From: Minisyncoccota bacterium
Lineage (GTDB): Bacteria > Patescibacteriota > Minisyncoccia > UBA6257 > 2-01-FULL-56-20
Assembly: GCA_025449695.1 (NCBI GenBank)
Contig: JANWIW010000030.1
Span: forward strand, 1,990-65,989
Reading direction: 5' to 3'
Length of the DNA stretch: 64,000 nt
Shown here: one piece after another, positions 38,476 to 48,566 of the stretch
How the letters are laid out: every line of letters begins with the position of its first letter
How positions within the stretch are numbered: position 1 is the stretch's first letter
Notes under the pieces: generated by a model
What the model was told of the DNA's origin: nothing
Seen by the model: only the letters and a program-made list of their open reading frames with translations
Database searches by the model: none
Made by a program: the position numbers and the translations under genes

Positions 38476-38970
38476 ATGATCGCCTATATCCTTTCCGATT
38501 TCTCCCGCGTCATCCTCATGCCGAAGGATAGGAGCTATGCGGGCGAACTGAACGATCTTTACCGGACCAAGGTGCTGCAGGATGGCATGGGCTATTTCGA
38601 CGTCTTCGACCTGAACGAAGAGCTCCTGGCCTTCCTTGGATCCCTCGGAGAAAATTATCCCCTCGGCATCTTCACGAGCGAAATCGTCCAGAACGACCCG
38701 GCAGTGCGCCCTCGGCTCGAGCAGGCGTTCCGCGACGTAGTGAGCGCCCAGGACCTCGGCATCAGAAAAACGGAGAAGGAGGCTTATCTGACGGTGGCCA
38801 AGAGCCTTCAGCAGGAACCGGCGGCGGTCCTTTATATAGATGATAAAGAAGAGAACGTAGCTGCCGCCCGCGATGCCGGCCTGCATGCGATCCGCTATGT
38901 TTCAAACTCCCAGATCATGGCCGATATCCGTGCGGCATTGGCCGGTAAAAATGAGAAGGAGGCCCGCTGA
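38476..38970 (+). CDS. HAD-like hydrolase (short)
   Basis: 164 aa. Motif I is degenerate (ILSDFSRV); a motif IV-like LYIDDKEENV is present. Confidence 0.5.
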   Translation: MIAYILSDFSRVILMPKDRSYAGELNDLYRTKVLQDGMGYFDVFDLNEELLAFLGSLGENYPLGIFTSEIVQNDPAVRPRLEQAFRDVVSAQDLGIRKTEKEAYLTVAKSLQQEPAAVLYIDDKEENVAAARDAGLHAIRYVSNSQIMADIRAALAGKNEKEAR

Positions 38971-38984
38971 GGAGCCTCCAACTT

Positions 38985-40259
38985 TTAATTGATCGTCGTG
39001 CCCAGCATGATGGCATCCCTGCCGCCGTGCACGTGCTTGCCCTGCGTGGCCGTCACCGTCATATCCACCGCCCTCCTGGCCGCATAGTGGACGATCAGGC
39101 GGACGTTCCAGCCATCCTGTTCCGTCACGTCGCCGCTGTCGCCGAAGGTCGCGAAACGGTGCGATGTATTCCGGATCTCGCGCTGGCAGATGAAACCGCT
39201 GGAATTGGATGCGCGAAGCGCGCGCTCCCCTTCCGGGTCATCCGAAAACCACACGCCTCTCATGCTCCCGGCCAGGTACCTCTTCAGCACGAAAGGCTGG
39301 TCTCCGAAGCGGCTGCGGCCCTCGGCCTTTTTGGAGGTGAAATACGTCGCGGGGATGTATCGCCTCACGGTCGCGAGAGATTCGGGTGGTATCTGGGACC
39401 GCAGCACCACCTCCAGCGCCTCGTCGCCTTCCTCGTTCCGGAGCAAGGCAAGAAGCGCCTTAGACCCGAGAAAGGGTTTTGGCGGCACCAGGAACTCGAT
39501 CTCTTCGGCCTGGTAGAGCTCGGCCAGCCTGCGGCCAAGACAGTGGTTGTGCCGGAAAAACGGCAGGTCCATGAAGAGTCTCACTTCCCGCTCTTCGATC
39601 ACCGGCTTCCCTTCGCCGGCACTCACGCTCCGCTCGCCCGCCACCAGGAGTTCGATACCTTCTCCGGCCAGTTCCGCCTGAAGGATGCGAAATGCGGGAA
39701 GGTAAAAGTTGGCATGGGAGGGGTTCTCTGGTTCCGCATAGATCAGGGCCAGGCGCTGCTGGCCGCGCTTCCTCATGCACTCCGCGATGGCAACGGCAAC
39801 GCCGGGAAGCGTATCGGCTTCGGGCCGGAGCGCCGCACAGAGCTTCTGGGTCAGGACCGCATAGCCGTGGTTTTCGATGTTCTGGCCGTCGATCTCGATG
39901 AGATGCCAGCCGCCTTCCCCTACCAGAAGGTCCACCTTGTAGATGGCGGGAACCGCGCCCGGCCGGAGGAGCATGGCCTCCCGATAAAGAGATGGCACCT
40001 GAGCCCCCAGCGTGGCGGCGACCGTCCGCCAAGCCCTGCTCTGCCCGAGATCGGGATGGAGGGCGATGGCCGCGATGCGTCCGACGCCGGCCAGGCATTC
40101 GTGGAGCGCCCGGCCGAGAGCGTCCAGTTCCTCGCGCTGCGTTTCACTGATCTCATACACTTGCGGCGAGAGCCGAAAGCGGTGCGCGGGCTCCTTCCAG
40201 AGGCCCGACGCCGTGACGATGCGTTGTAATGTGTCGTACAAGAAACACCTCCTATTCAA
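38985..40259 (-). CDS. hypothetical protein, possible circularly permuted ATP-grasp-like ligase
   Basis: 424 aa. The LIEIDGQNIENHG segment resembles the ATP-grasp ExN Mg-site loop. The antisense 400-aa ORF is rejected as R/G/P-rich noise. Confidence 0.45.
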   Translation of the reverse strand: MNRRCFLYDTLQRIVTASGLWKEPAHRFRLSPQVYEISETQREELDALGRALHECLAGVGRIAAIALHPDLGQSRAWRTVAATLGAQVPSLYREAMLLRPGAVPAIYKVDLLVGEGGWHLIEIDGQNIENHGYAVLTQKLCAALRPEADTLPGVAVAIAECMRKRGQQRLALIYAEPENPSHANFYLPAFRILQAELAGEGIELLVAGERSVSAGEGKPVIEEREVRLFMDLPFFRHNHCLGRRLAELYQAEEIEFLVPPKPFLGSKALLALLRNEEGDEALEVVLRSQIPPESLATVRRYIPATYFTSKKAEGRSRFGDQPFVLKRYLAGSMRGVWFSDDPEGERALRASNSSGFICQREIRNTSHRFATFGDSGDVTEQDGWNVRLIVHYAARRAVDMTVTATQGKHVHGGRDAIMLGTTIN

Positions 40260-40350
40260 TTCGCAAGTTACACTGCCATTCGCGGCAGTATCGCTTCCGA
40301 TCGGAGCCCGGCCGGGAGCGATACTGCAACCAATGCCGATATCAATAAAA

Positions 40351-40384
40351 ACCAGCTTTCCGTCACCGGAAAGCTGGTTTTTAT
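40351..40384. terminator. bidirectional rho-independent terminator-like hairpin
   Basis: AAAAACCAGCTTTCC-GTCACC-GGAAAGCTGGTTTTTATT, with an A-tract before and a T-tract after. Confidence 0.6.
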
Positions 40385-40572
40385 TGCGGTTATGTCGTTA
40401 CCTACTGGACACAGACGTTCTCGGAGCCACGACACGCAAAGCCAACTTCCCGGAAAGAAAGCTGACAGCAGGAACAGATGCCTTGCTTCAGAACGGTCAT
40501 ATATATTCCAGAGTGCCAGAGCCGGATCTGCCTGTCAATGCCAGGCGGCATTGTGAGAAAAACCCGGTTTTC

Positions 40573-40737
40573 TCTTCCCGTTTGTCATCCCGGCTCCCTC
40601 CTTCGCTCCTTCTGCGCTTAGCCTTCGAAGGACACGCAAAAGCTCCAACTTCGCCATAGGCCTACGGCTGGACACGTCCTCCTTCGCTATAGGCTACGGC
40701 TGGACACGTACGGAAGGGCATCGCAAGGCCGGGATAA
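40573..40737. repeat. MITE/REP-like repeat copy F with an internal 33-bp tandem duplication
   Basis: Starts TTGTCATCCCGGC and ends GCCGGGATAACA (degenerate). Inside is CTTCGCCATAGGCCTACGGCTGGACACGTC repeated twice. Confidence 0.55.
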
Positions 40738-40833
40738 CAAAATAAACGGGGCTACAGCGCTAGAAAGACGGGTGGACCGCTGATCTCCGGCTGGCAAGTG
40801 CGCGGGAGGAGAGATTGGCTACACCGCAGCGGT

Positions 40834-41211
40834 TCAAGCACGCTCGGGAGCTGCGGCTTGCGCAGTCTCCGCATCCAGCATCTTGCACATCTTCGCGCAG
40901 AACGCCCGCAACAATTCTCGCTTCTTCCAGAGAGGATTGCTGTCGGAAACCTCGTTGCGGCGGATTTGCCGCAGATCCTGGATGATCATATAGCGGTCAT
41001 GGCCCAAGTCGCCTTCGGCCCGGACATTGGTATCCTCGATACCTTGGTATATCTGGCGCAGTTGTTGGTATTTTACGGGCCGGTCCATGGCCGCAAAGGC
41101 AGGGTGCAGCTCAATGTGCTCCACGAGATCATGGATAGCCACGTAAAAATCGAAGCCCGCCGGCGTATTCATCACTTTTTGAAGGCTTCTCACCAGGTCC
41201 ATTCGTTGCAT
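40834..41211 (-). CDS. hypothetical protein
   Basis: Protein-like composition (DFYVAIHDLVEHIELHP...LWKKRELLRAFCAKMCK). The competing plus-strand ORF 40798..41511 looks like noise. Confidence 0.4.
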   Translation of the reverse strand: MQRMDLVRSLQKVMNTPAGFDFYVAIHDLVEHIELHPAFAAMDRPVKYQQLRQIYQGIEDTNVRAEGDLGHDRYMIIQDLRQIRRNEVSDSNPLWKKRELLRAFCAKMCKMLDAETAQAAAPERA

Positions 41212-41398
41212 GTTGCGGGATGGCATGAGTACCACACTTTACCACATGTATCCGGAAATAGCGATGGCAGCTTTTATGCCCTTGTTCAGCGTCCTCTTCT
41301 CGCGCGCGAGCGCGCCGATCTTGCTTTACAGAATAATTTCTTTATGGTATTTTTGAACCGGAGATTTAGTCGGATTTCTAGCAACACACATCAACCAC

Positions 41399-41635
41399 AT
41401 GACTGGAACTATCAAGACGCTCACGGAAAAGGGGTATGGGTTCATCTCTCGCGAAGGCGAGACGAAGGATCTTTTCTTCCACTCCAAGGACTTGAACGGT
41501 ATCGCCTATGAAGACCTTAAGGTCGGAGATGCGGTCACCTTCGAGGTGACCCAGGGCGAGAAGGGCCCGGCCGCGACCAACGTGGCTCTCGCCTCCGCCA
41601 CGGGCGCAGCCGCCACGGACGAGGCAGCTGCCTAA
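41399..41635 (+). CDS. cspA: cold-shock protein (CspA family)
   Basis: GTIKTLTEKGYGFISRE...DLFFHS is the RNP1/RNP2-type cold-shock domain. Confidence 0.9.
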   Translation: MTGTIKTLTEKGYGFISREGETKDLFFHSKDLNGIAYEDLKVGDAVTFEVTQGEKGPAATNVALASATGAAATDEAAA

Positions 41636-41649
41636 GACAGGCTCCCTCA

Positions 41650-41685
41650 AAGACCGCCCCGTTCAACGGGGCGGTCTTTGTTTTG
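41650..41685 (+). terminator. rho-independent terminator of the csp gene
   Basis: AGACCGCCCC-GTTCAA-CGGGGCGGTCT followed by TTTGTTTT. Confidence 0.8.
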
Positions 41686-41824
41686 CCCGACGGCAAACAA
41701 AAAAGCATCATCTGAAAATGACGCTCTTTTGTTTGTGGGGACAGTAATGTTATTCGGGCCTGTCACCCACATCTCCCGAAAAGACGGTATTGATGCGATG
41801 CTGCTCGCCGCAATTCACAGATCA

Positions 41825-42034
41825 GCCGGCGAGCAGCCTTGCCAGCTCGTCGATCGCGGACTGGTCACGCCTGCCGCCGTCCTGTCCGGTGACCGGACAA
41901 CGGCTAATGCAACCCTGCGCTTCAATTGGAGCAGTGCCGCTGGCCAGTTGATTGGCGAGGCGCCAGCAGCACCCGGGGTAGCTGCTGTACCAGGACTTTG
42001 CGGCCGTGATCTGGTCATCTGTCAGTTGTGCCAT
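41825..42034 (-). CDS. candidate small Cys-containing protein (69 aa)
   Basis: MAQLTDDQITAAKSWYSSYPGCCWRLANQLASGTAPIEAQGCISRCPVTGQD...; an AGGAAGG RBS-like sequence lies 9 nt upstream. Speculative. Confidence 0.3.
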
Positions 42035-42095
42035 AGAATCCCCTTCCTTGAACGGTGCCCGATATTCTTTATGCAACGGATCAGACACTGATCCG

Positions 42096-42983
42096 CTAGC
42101 CGGCACGGCGAGGGCCTGAAATGGCCGCGCGGAAGACCCGATAACGTCCCTCGAGAAGGCCTCGAGCCTCGTCGATGTCGATTCCCCGCCGGGCGACGAT
42201 GGATGCAACCGCCACGTCATTGCCGCAAAGCCCGAGAAGCCGGCTGGCCTCGAGATCGTTCGTCCCGCCCGCTTCCATGACCATGGCGCGGGCGCGGTCC
42301 GTGAGCTTTGCATTGCTCGGGGGCATGAAGATCATGAGGTCGTCATACGTGCGGCCGAGACGGGCCATCACTCCGGTGCTCACGATATTCAGGACGCGTT
42401 TCGTGACGTCGCCCGAGACCATGCGCGTGGACCCACGGACGGGTTCCCGCCGCACGGGAGCGACGATCGGCAGATCCACCAGGCGTTCCATTCTGCTGCC
42501 TTCACTATTGACGAGAGCCACGGTGAGGGCTCCCATCCGTTTGGCCTCCGTGAGAGCCGCTACCGTGTACGGGGTATTGCCGGACGCGGCGACGCCAAAG
42601 ACGACATCCTTGTCGGTGGCGTTCTCACGAATCGCGGCTGTGCCTGCACCCTCATCATCCTCAGCACCCTCGACGCTTTGCCAGAAGGATATCTGGCCGC
42701 CGGCCGGGAATGTCTGGACGAGGTCGTGCGGGACGCCAAAGGTAGGCGGAAGCTCCGATGCGTCCACGGCAGCGAGGCGCGCGCTCGTCCCCGCACCGAC
42801 GTAATACCAGCTGCCGCCGGTCAGGATACGCGCGACGATTGCATCGATCACCCTTGCGATCTGCGGCAGGGTGGGCTCGATGATCGCATTCGCGGCGCAC
42901 TGGGCCTCATGGATATGTCGGGCGATGCGGATCCCCGACCAGAGATCTAAATGCGGGGCCTTTTTTTCCTTCTTCGTTGCCAT
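42096..42983 (-). CDS. murQ: N-acetylmuramic acid 6-phosphate etherase
   Basis: SIS domain with the MurQ signature GGSWYYVGAGTSARLAAVDASELPPTFG. The start was set at MATKKEKK. Confidence 0.85.
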   Translation of the reverse strand: MATKKEKKAPHLDLWSGIRIARHIHEAQCAANAIIEPTLPQIARVIDAIVARILTGGSWYYVGAGTSARLAAVDASELPPTFGVPHDLVQTFPAGGQISFWQSVEGAEDDEGAGTAAIRENATDKDVVFGVAASGNTPYTVAALTEAKRMGALTVALVNSEGSRMERLVDLPIVAPVRREPVRGSTRMVSGDVTKRVLNIVSTGVMARLGRTYDDLMIFMPPSNAKLTDRARAMVMEAGGTNDLEASRLLGLCGNDVAVASIVARRGIDIDEARGLLEGRYRVFRAAISGPRRAG

Positions 42984-43192
42984 GCTTTCCTCTCTTTCAT
43001 TGCGGAGTCCGATCTGATGCACTGCGCTTCCCAAGTTATCAAGTGACAACCTCCGCGGCTGACACTTCTGAAGGGGCAGCGCGAAAGTAACTCATTACAG
43101 CACATAGATTACATGTACGTCAATTCAGGCGAGCCCCCATCACATTGACTTAACTCAGTCGCAATGAGATATTAAAATCGTTCTTTTACGTT

Positions 43193-43234
43193 ATCGCAGC
43201 AGAGGAAAGGAAACATTCTTTCCTCTGCTGCGAT
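43193..43234. promoter_or_regulatory. perfect 17-bp inverted repeat (ATCGCAGCAGAGGAAAG-8nt-CTTTCCTCTGCTGCGAT) in the murQ / membrane-protein divergent region
   Basis: Seen directly. It ends about 30 nt upstream of the 43263 start, before an AAGGAGAG RBS. Confidence 0.5.
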
Positions 43235-43262
43235 CTCAATTGTCCGCACAAGGAGAGCCCTG

Positions 43263-43616
43263 ATGATAGTCAATGTTCTGCTCCGTTCCTGTTCGCTGCT
43301 CGTGGTCATCGCGGTACTGCACCAATGCCTGTGGTCAGCGGGTGGCAGCCGTCTTCATCGAAGGATTGGCTCGATCGCAATGGCACTGGGAGGCGCCATC
43401 GTGATACTGGTCACCATTCGTGGCATGCAACACGGAGGCGAGCTCAGCGGGATGTATGTGATGCATCTCGTGACAGGCGGGCCGTTCTTCGTGACTTATT
43501 TCGCCGCCGGCTGGGCGGCGTGGAAAAAGAAGACGTGGCACCCGCGCATGGGGCGAGTGAGCGCTGTCATGCTCGTTCTCACCCTTTTTGCCGGCGTCAT
43601 GAGTGCTCTGAAGTGA
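43263..43616 (+). CDS. hypothetical membrane protein (4 TM)
   Basis: 117 aa, hydrophobic, with good RBS spacing. Confidence 0.55.
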   Translation: MIVNVLLRSCSLLVVIAVLHQCLWSAGGSRLHRRIGSIAMALGGAIVILVTIRGMQHGGELSGMYVMHLVTGGPFFVTYFAAGWAAWKKKTWHPRMGRVSAVMLVLTLFAGVMSALK

Positions 43617-43787
43617 TGACGGATATTAAGCCGCACAGGAAGACCGCCTTCCCGTGCGGCTTCCTCGTTGGCCTGGAAAAGGCTTCTAAGAGAGATGAGG
43701 AGCTGGATATAAAAGCAGAATGACCAGGCCGAAGCCTGGTCATTCCTGATCCCGCCCGAAGGCGGTTTCTGCTTACTGCGTGAACCA

Positions 43788-45080
43788 TCAGACTCCGAAG
43801 CCGTTGTCCGAGCTGCCGCCGCCCAGAGTGACGGTCGGGAAGCCGAAGTTATTGGTGGCGGTGTCGCTCGAACGGCTGACCCCGCCCGTCCAGTCGCTTG
43901 TGCTCGCGGCATGCTCGTGCGCGTAGGCTGCGTTCGAGACGGAGGCTTCGACCGTCCGGAGCAGCTCGTAGAGCACGAGGTGATTCAGGAAGCGGCCCAT
44001 ACTGCTCCGCGCCTGCTCGGTCTTGAGCATGGCAGCGTCCGCGGCGTCGAGACAGCTCGCGACGCGCTGGGGCTGCTTGCTCACGGCCAGGTTCGCGCGG
44101 AGGTCGGCGATGCGGGCCGGCATGGTCTCAAGGAGAACCGGCACCTTCTCGCGGGCCTCCGCGGCGGTCTTGATCTCCTGCTCCATCTTCCGCACGGCGC
44201 TGCGCACTGTAAAGATGTCGAGGGTCATGGAGTGCTGGAGCCAGTCCACCTTCTTCGCCTCGCGGGTGAGCTTGGTGAGCGGCTTGAGCTTCTTCTCCAG
44301 GTCCCAAAAGGCCCGGGCGGTCTCTCGAAGCACATCGTCATGCTTCGCGAATCCGTTGCCTTCCTCCAGGAGTTTTTTCAGCTCCGGGATATGGCGGAGC
44401 AGCTCGTCCCGATAGGGATTTGACATGCTGAGCCAGAGAACGATGATCACGATGAAGAAAAGCGAGAAAGCGCCGTACGCCATGAGATTCACCGTGAAGT
44501 CGTCGTACTTGGACGGATCGGGCTGCGGCACGGGGATGGGCCCGTTGTACCGGGGACGGGAGGCGGCAGCGCCCGCGTTCGGAGCGCTTGCCGCCGCGTT
44601 CGCCACCGGCTGGACGCCGAAGAGGTCCATGATGCCGTGTACCGCCCCGACGACGGCGCTCTCCGCGCTGCCGTTCTTCATGCGGTCAATGGCGGCGTCG
44701 CGGATCTCGATGGCGCGGTTGCGGGTCAGCGTGCCCTTCACGCCCTCACCGACGTACATGGAGCACTTCTGTTCGCTCGGGACGAGGAGAAGGACGATAC
44801 CGTTGTTCGTCTCCTTCTTGCCCACGCCCCACGCGCCCATGATGCCCTTGGCGTACTCCGGGCCGCTCCGTCCGTCCAGCGACTTCACCGTGACGACCAC
44901 GAGCTCGACGCTCGTTGTCTTCTCCAGGTTGGCGATGTCGGCGGTGAGCGTCTGGCCCGTCCTCATGGAAACGACGTCGGCGTTGTCGTTCACCCAGGTG
45001 TTGTTGAAGGCGGGATAGTCGGCGTAGGCGGTGAAGCAGGCGATGAGGATGACTGCGAGGGTAGCGATCTTCTGTCTCAT
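43788..45080 (-). CDS. TPM-domain (TLP18.3/Psb32/MOLO-1) protein with TM helix and long C-terminal helical region
   Basis: Signal peptide; TPM motifs ADIANLEKTTSVELVVVTVKSLDG and NGIVLLLVPSEQKCSMYVGEGVKG. Confidence 0.75.
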   Translation of the reverse strand: MRQKIATLAVILIACFTAYADYPAFNNTWVNDNADVVSMRTGQTLTADIANLEKTTSVELVVVTVKSLDGRSGPEYAKGIMGAWGVGKKETNNGIVLLLVPSEQKCSMYVGEGVKGTLTRNRAIEIRDAAIDRMKNGSAESAVVGAVHGIMDLFGVQPVANAAASAPNAGAAASRPRYNGPIPVPQPDPSKYDDFTVNLMAYGAFSLFFIVIIVLWLSMSNPYRDELLRHIPELKKLLEEGNGFAKHDDVLRETARAFWDLEKKLKPLTKLTREAKKVDWLQHSMTLDIFTVRSAVRKMEQEIKTAAEAREKVPVLLETMPARIADLRANLAVSKQPQRVASCLDAADAAMLKTEQARSSMGRFLNHLVLYELLRTVEASVSNAAYAHEHAASTSDWTGGVSRSSDTATNNFGFPTVTLGGGSSDNGFGV

Positions 45081-45265
45081 GACTTTCGATTCCTTTCATT
45101 CCTCTCAAATTTCACACAGAGTTGATGGTTCGATGCTGGTCGATCAGGCGACCCCAAAAACACCCAAGACGTCCTTGGGGTCGCCATCGACCGTTCTTAA
45201 TGTGCTCTTATATTATATCACTTAATAGGATTTAAGTCAATATAAGCTTTCCCTAGGGGAAGGCT

Positions 45266-45802
45266 CTAGGCGCCCCGGGGCCTACCGAGCCGTCCCAGTA
45301 TCTTTTGGGCCTCGTCCTTGGCAATGCTTCGCCGCTGGCGCGCGTTCTTGTCGTTCAACGCGTCATCGGCCATTTGCAGGAGATCGAGCACGCGGCGCTT
45401 GGAAAAGTTGCCCGGCGCCATATACGCGATCCGTGGCCGTAATACTGCAGGCACCGCATCCGCCATTTCCTCAAATCCTTGCTGCGGCGCGAAAAGGAGG
45501 ACCTTTTCCACGGAATGCTTCCCGATAAGCTCGGCTAGGCGGTGCCCCAGATCATCGAGAAACTCCTTGTGGGTCTTCTCCTCTTGCCTATCCTCGCGGA
45601 CCGCTCCTGCGCCGAGCACCTTTCCTTTACCCTTCCGGACAAAAAGGCCTTCCCTATCGGAGTAGGCCGGCTTCTCCTTCCGCACTTCATGGTGTTCCGC
45701 CACAGCTCCGTTCTGGACCACATATATCCTCGCGTCCAGGATGCCGGCCGCAATCACCAGTGTCGCATTGCTCCAGCGCGAAAGATTGTCAGGGATCTTC
45801 AT
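45266..45802 (-). CDS. hypothetical protein
   Basis: 178 aa with no confident family call. Confidence 0.5.
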   Translation of the reverse strand: MKIPDNLSRWSNATLVIAAGILDARIYVVQNGAVAEHHEVRKEKPAYSDREGLFVRKGKGKVLGAGAVREDRQEEKTHKEFLDDLGHRLAELIGKHSVEKVLLFAPQQGFEEMADAVPAVLRPRIAYMAPGNFSKRRVLDLLQMADDALNDKNARQRRSIAKDEAQKILGRLGRPRGA

Positions 45803-45887
45803 ATCCCTAATGATGCACCACCGGCGTGAACGGAGCGTTAAGCCGGTTTGCCGGCTTTCCCCAAAAAAGGTGCTATAATCCCAGTAT

Positions 45888-46160
45888 ATGGATCGTCAAG
45901 AATGGATGCAGAAGCTGGAACGGGAGGGCTTCAAGGATATCCAGGTGTCCGCGCATGCGCCGGACGCGGACTTTCCGGAGCATCGTCATGACCTCGCCAC
46001 CGCTCACGTGGTCCTGGAGGGCGAACTAACCATCACTGACGCGACCGGTACCCGCACCGTCCATCCGGGAGAGCGTTTCGACGTATCGGCAGGCACAGTG
46101 CATGCGGCGAGATGCGGGCCGGGAGGCTGCACCTTCCTCATGGGAGTCAAAGACGCGTGA
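45888..46160 (+). CDS. cupin-domain protein
   Basis: 90 aa with cupin motifs HRHDLATAHVVLEGEL and PGERFDVSAGTVHA. Confidence 0.7.
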   Translation: MDRQEWMQKLEREGFKDIQVSAHAPDADFPEHRHDLATAHVVLEGELTITDATGTRTVHPGERFDVSAGTVHAARCGPGGCTFLMGVKDA

Positions 46161-46182
46161 GCGCGGCGACAGGGGCCAACGA

Positions 46183-47433
46183 CTATGCCACGCGCCGGAT
46201 GGAATTGCGCAAGGCCCCGCCGATCAGTTCGCCCGTATAATCCCTGGCCTTCTTCGCGAGGCTCTTCACGGTCATCTTTCGCTTCGGGTCGTACAGATTT
46301 TTCCAGGGGTCGGGGCGGCCGAGGACCCAGTTCCGGGCCATGAGAGCGGTGATGCCCGCATAGGTCATACCATTGCCCGAAAAGGCCGTAGCGGTGAACT
46401 GCCGCGGCGCGGTCTCCCCTATGAGGGCCAATCCGTCCGAAGGCTCGAGAATCGGGCCCGTCCACCTGCGCACCATGCGGGGGTGTATGCCCGGCAGGAT
46501 GGCGGCAAGATGCTCCTTCAATCCTGCATAGTTCTTCCGCTCGTCCATATGTATTTCCTCACGATGGTCGGCGCCGCCAAGGATCAGCCGGTCGGTCCTG
46601 CCGGCAGGATCTATACGAAAATAATGGTAGGGGTTCGCCAAGTCGAAGTAGATGCCTTCCGGCACAAGCCCCTTCGGGAGAAGGGCCTCGATCGCGCAGC
46701 TCACGTACATCCCTTTCTTGAGGAAAGTGGCCCTGGGCTTCTGAAAAGGATAGTACGTTGCAATCACGACGCGGTCAGCCCTGATGCGCTTGCCGTGCTT
46801 CAGCCGGACGACGGGACGAACGTCACCGGTCATATCTATAGCCTCGGTACTCTCGTGGACGCGGACGCCGAGCCGGGATAGCTTTTCTGCCAAGCCGAAG
46901 ACGAACTTCAACGGATGAAATTTGGCTTGTCCCGGCACCTCCCAGACGCCTTCGTTCCGGAAGCCGAAGCTGTTCGCCCGGCGGACGCGTCCGGGAAAGC
47001 CAAGCTCCACGGCAAGATCGTTCTCGCGCCGCAGATCGCGAAGATCGCGGGCGCGGTTCGCGTATACCCGCGCCGGCACGCGCAGGAACTCACAGGCTAT
47101 CTTTTCTTCGCGGATAATGTCCGCGATAAGCTCCATGCCATGTGCATGCGATTCCCATACGCCCCGTGCGGCGGGGACTCCGAGCATGGAAATCAGGCCG
47201 GCGAGCGAGGTATCTACAACCTGGGTGATAAACGCGGTGGTAAAGGCGGTGGTATCCATTCCGATCCGCTTCTTCTCGATCAGGGTCACCGCGAGCCCTT
47301 CCTTGGCGAGGAGGTATGCGGTCATGACGCCGGTCAATCCGCCGCCGATTACCGCAACCTCGGTCGCATGATCTCTCTCGAGGGCGGGGTAGGCTCGGGG
47401 TGCTTTGGCGCTCTTGGTCCAGGCGGTCTGCAT
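46183..47433 (-). CDS. FAD-dependent oxidoreductase (DAO family)
   Basis: VAVIGGGLTGVMTAYLLAKEGLAVTLIEK dinucleotide-binding motif. Confidence 0.8.
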   Translation of the reverse strand: MQTAWTKSAKAPRAYPALERDHATEVAVIGGGLTGVMTAYLLAKEGLAVTLIEKKRIGMDTTAFTTAFITQVVDTSLAGLISMLGVPAARGVWESHAHGMELIADIIREEKIACEFLRVPARVYANRARDLRDLRRENDLAVELGFPGRVRRANSFGFRNEGVWEVPGQAKFHPLKFVFGLAEKLSRLGVRVHESTEAIDMTGDVRPVVRLKHGKRIRADRVVIATYYPFQKPRATFLKKGMYVSCAIEALLPKGLVPEGIYFDLANPYHYFRIDPAGRTDRLILGGADHREEIHMDERKNYAGLKEHLAAILPGIHPRMVRRWTGPILEPSDGLALIGETAPRQFTATAFSGNGMTYAGITALMARNWVLGRPDPWKNLYDPKRKMTVKSLAKKARDYTGELIGGALRNSIRRVA

Positions 47434-47512
47434 TGCCCATCCATTCTTCCATGCCCGCCTTTAAATTAAGTGAAAGCCGGGACGGCCTTTGTTATTATTA
47501 GCATATATGGAC

Positions 47513-47938
47513 CAGAGCATCCTGGATTACCTCAAAACCCAGCGAGTGTGCGTCCTATCGGTGGAGATGATAGATGGCGCACCCCACGCGGCCACGGTGC
47601 ATTTCGCGCACGCCGAATCTCCCCTCGTTTTCTTTTTCGAGACCAACCGCGATTATCGTAAGGCGGAGCCGCTGCTCACGCGGCCGTCCGTCCGGGCATC
47701 GGTCGTGATCGGCTCGAACGAGGGCGATATGCGCACCCTCCAGATGGACGGTGCCGCCAGGATGGTGACGCCCGCAGAGCAGGATATATTCCGGGATATT
47801 TATCTGGGGAAATTTCCGGCAAAGGAAAAGAATTCCACTGACCCGAGAGTCATCCCCTTCATGTTCACCCCGGCCTGGTGGCGGTTCACTGATTGGACCA
47901 GGCCGGAAGGCAAAAGGATATTCAGCTCTGGTAACTGA
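47513..47938 (+). CDS. pyridoxamine 5'-phosphate oxidase-like FMN-binding protein
   Basis: Split-barrel PNPOx-like N-terminus (CVLSVEMIDGAPHAATVHF). The start was set at MDQSILDYL. Confidence 0.65.
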   Translation, partial: QSILDYLKTQRVCVLSVEMIDGAPHAATVHFAHAESPLVFFFETNRDYRKAEPLLTRPSVRASVVIGSNEGDMRTLQMDGAARMVTPAEQDIFRDIYLGKFPAKEKNSTDPRVIPFMFTPAWWRFTDWTRPEGKRIFSSGN

Positions 47939-48562
47939 TCAGGAACCCCGCGGGCGCCATTCGGTGAGCTTGCCGGCGCCGATCTCTATCGGATCAGCGG
48001 CGCGAAGCTCGCGGACATCGCTCCCGGGCAACACCTGGAAATGAGGCGAATGATCCAGGGCCCGCGGGATCTCCCAGAGGTCCTCTTGGGCGGTGAGCCA
48101 TCTCGTACCGAATCGCAGGAGCGAATACGGCGCCGACCAGCTGCGCATGGTCTTTCGCCCGCTGTCCAAAAAATATTCGTTGAAGTAAGAAAGCGCGAGC
48201 TCCCGTACGGTGCGATAGACGGGATCGCGAAACCGCAGCACGGCATGATTGGTCTTGCTTATCGCCCCCCAATGCCCTTTTCGCTTGAAGAGCGCCACCA
48301 CATGATCGTCGTCGCCATGGGCGGTTCTGAGGTCCAGGAGGAGCGGCGGCTCGCCATGGCGCCACAGGGCGGCGGCGGCGAGCATCGCCCCTTCCATGCA
48401 ATGGGCTTCCTTGTGGGCCATCACTTGAAGGGGCGAACGGCATGTCTCTCCATCACTCTCGAAATTGATGCGCAGGCCGTTCAGAAAATCCTGGATCGCC
48501 GCGGGGCCGCGCAGTTTGGCGAGAAACCCCAGACCGGCGTCGTCTTTGGGGAACGCGCGCAT
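47939..48562 (-). CDS. hypothetical protein (possible Cys-His hydrolase/transglutaminase-like fold)
   Basis: HCMEGAMLAAAAL...HGDDDHVVA suggests a catalytic Cys/His arrangement, but the call is uncertain. Confidence 0.45.
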   Translation of the reverse strand: MRAFPKDDAGLGFLAKLRGPAAIQDFLNGLRINFESDGETCRSPLQVMAHKEAHCMEGAMLAAAALWRHGEPPLLLDLRTAHGDDDHVVALFKRKGHWGAISKTNHAVLRFRDPVYRTVRELALSYFNEYFLDSGRKTMRSWSAPYSLLRFGTRWLTAQEDLWEIPRALDHSPHFQVLPGSDVRELRAADPIEIGAGKLTEWRPRGS

Positions 48563-48566
48563 GGGA

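Noticed and set aside
39027-40229. 400-aa plus-strand ORF
   Set aside because: Antisense shadow of 38985..40259; R/G/P-rich with no motifs.
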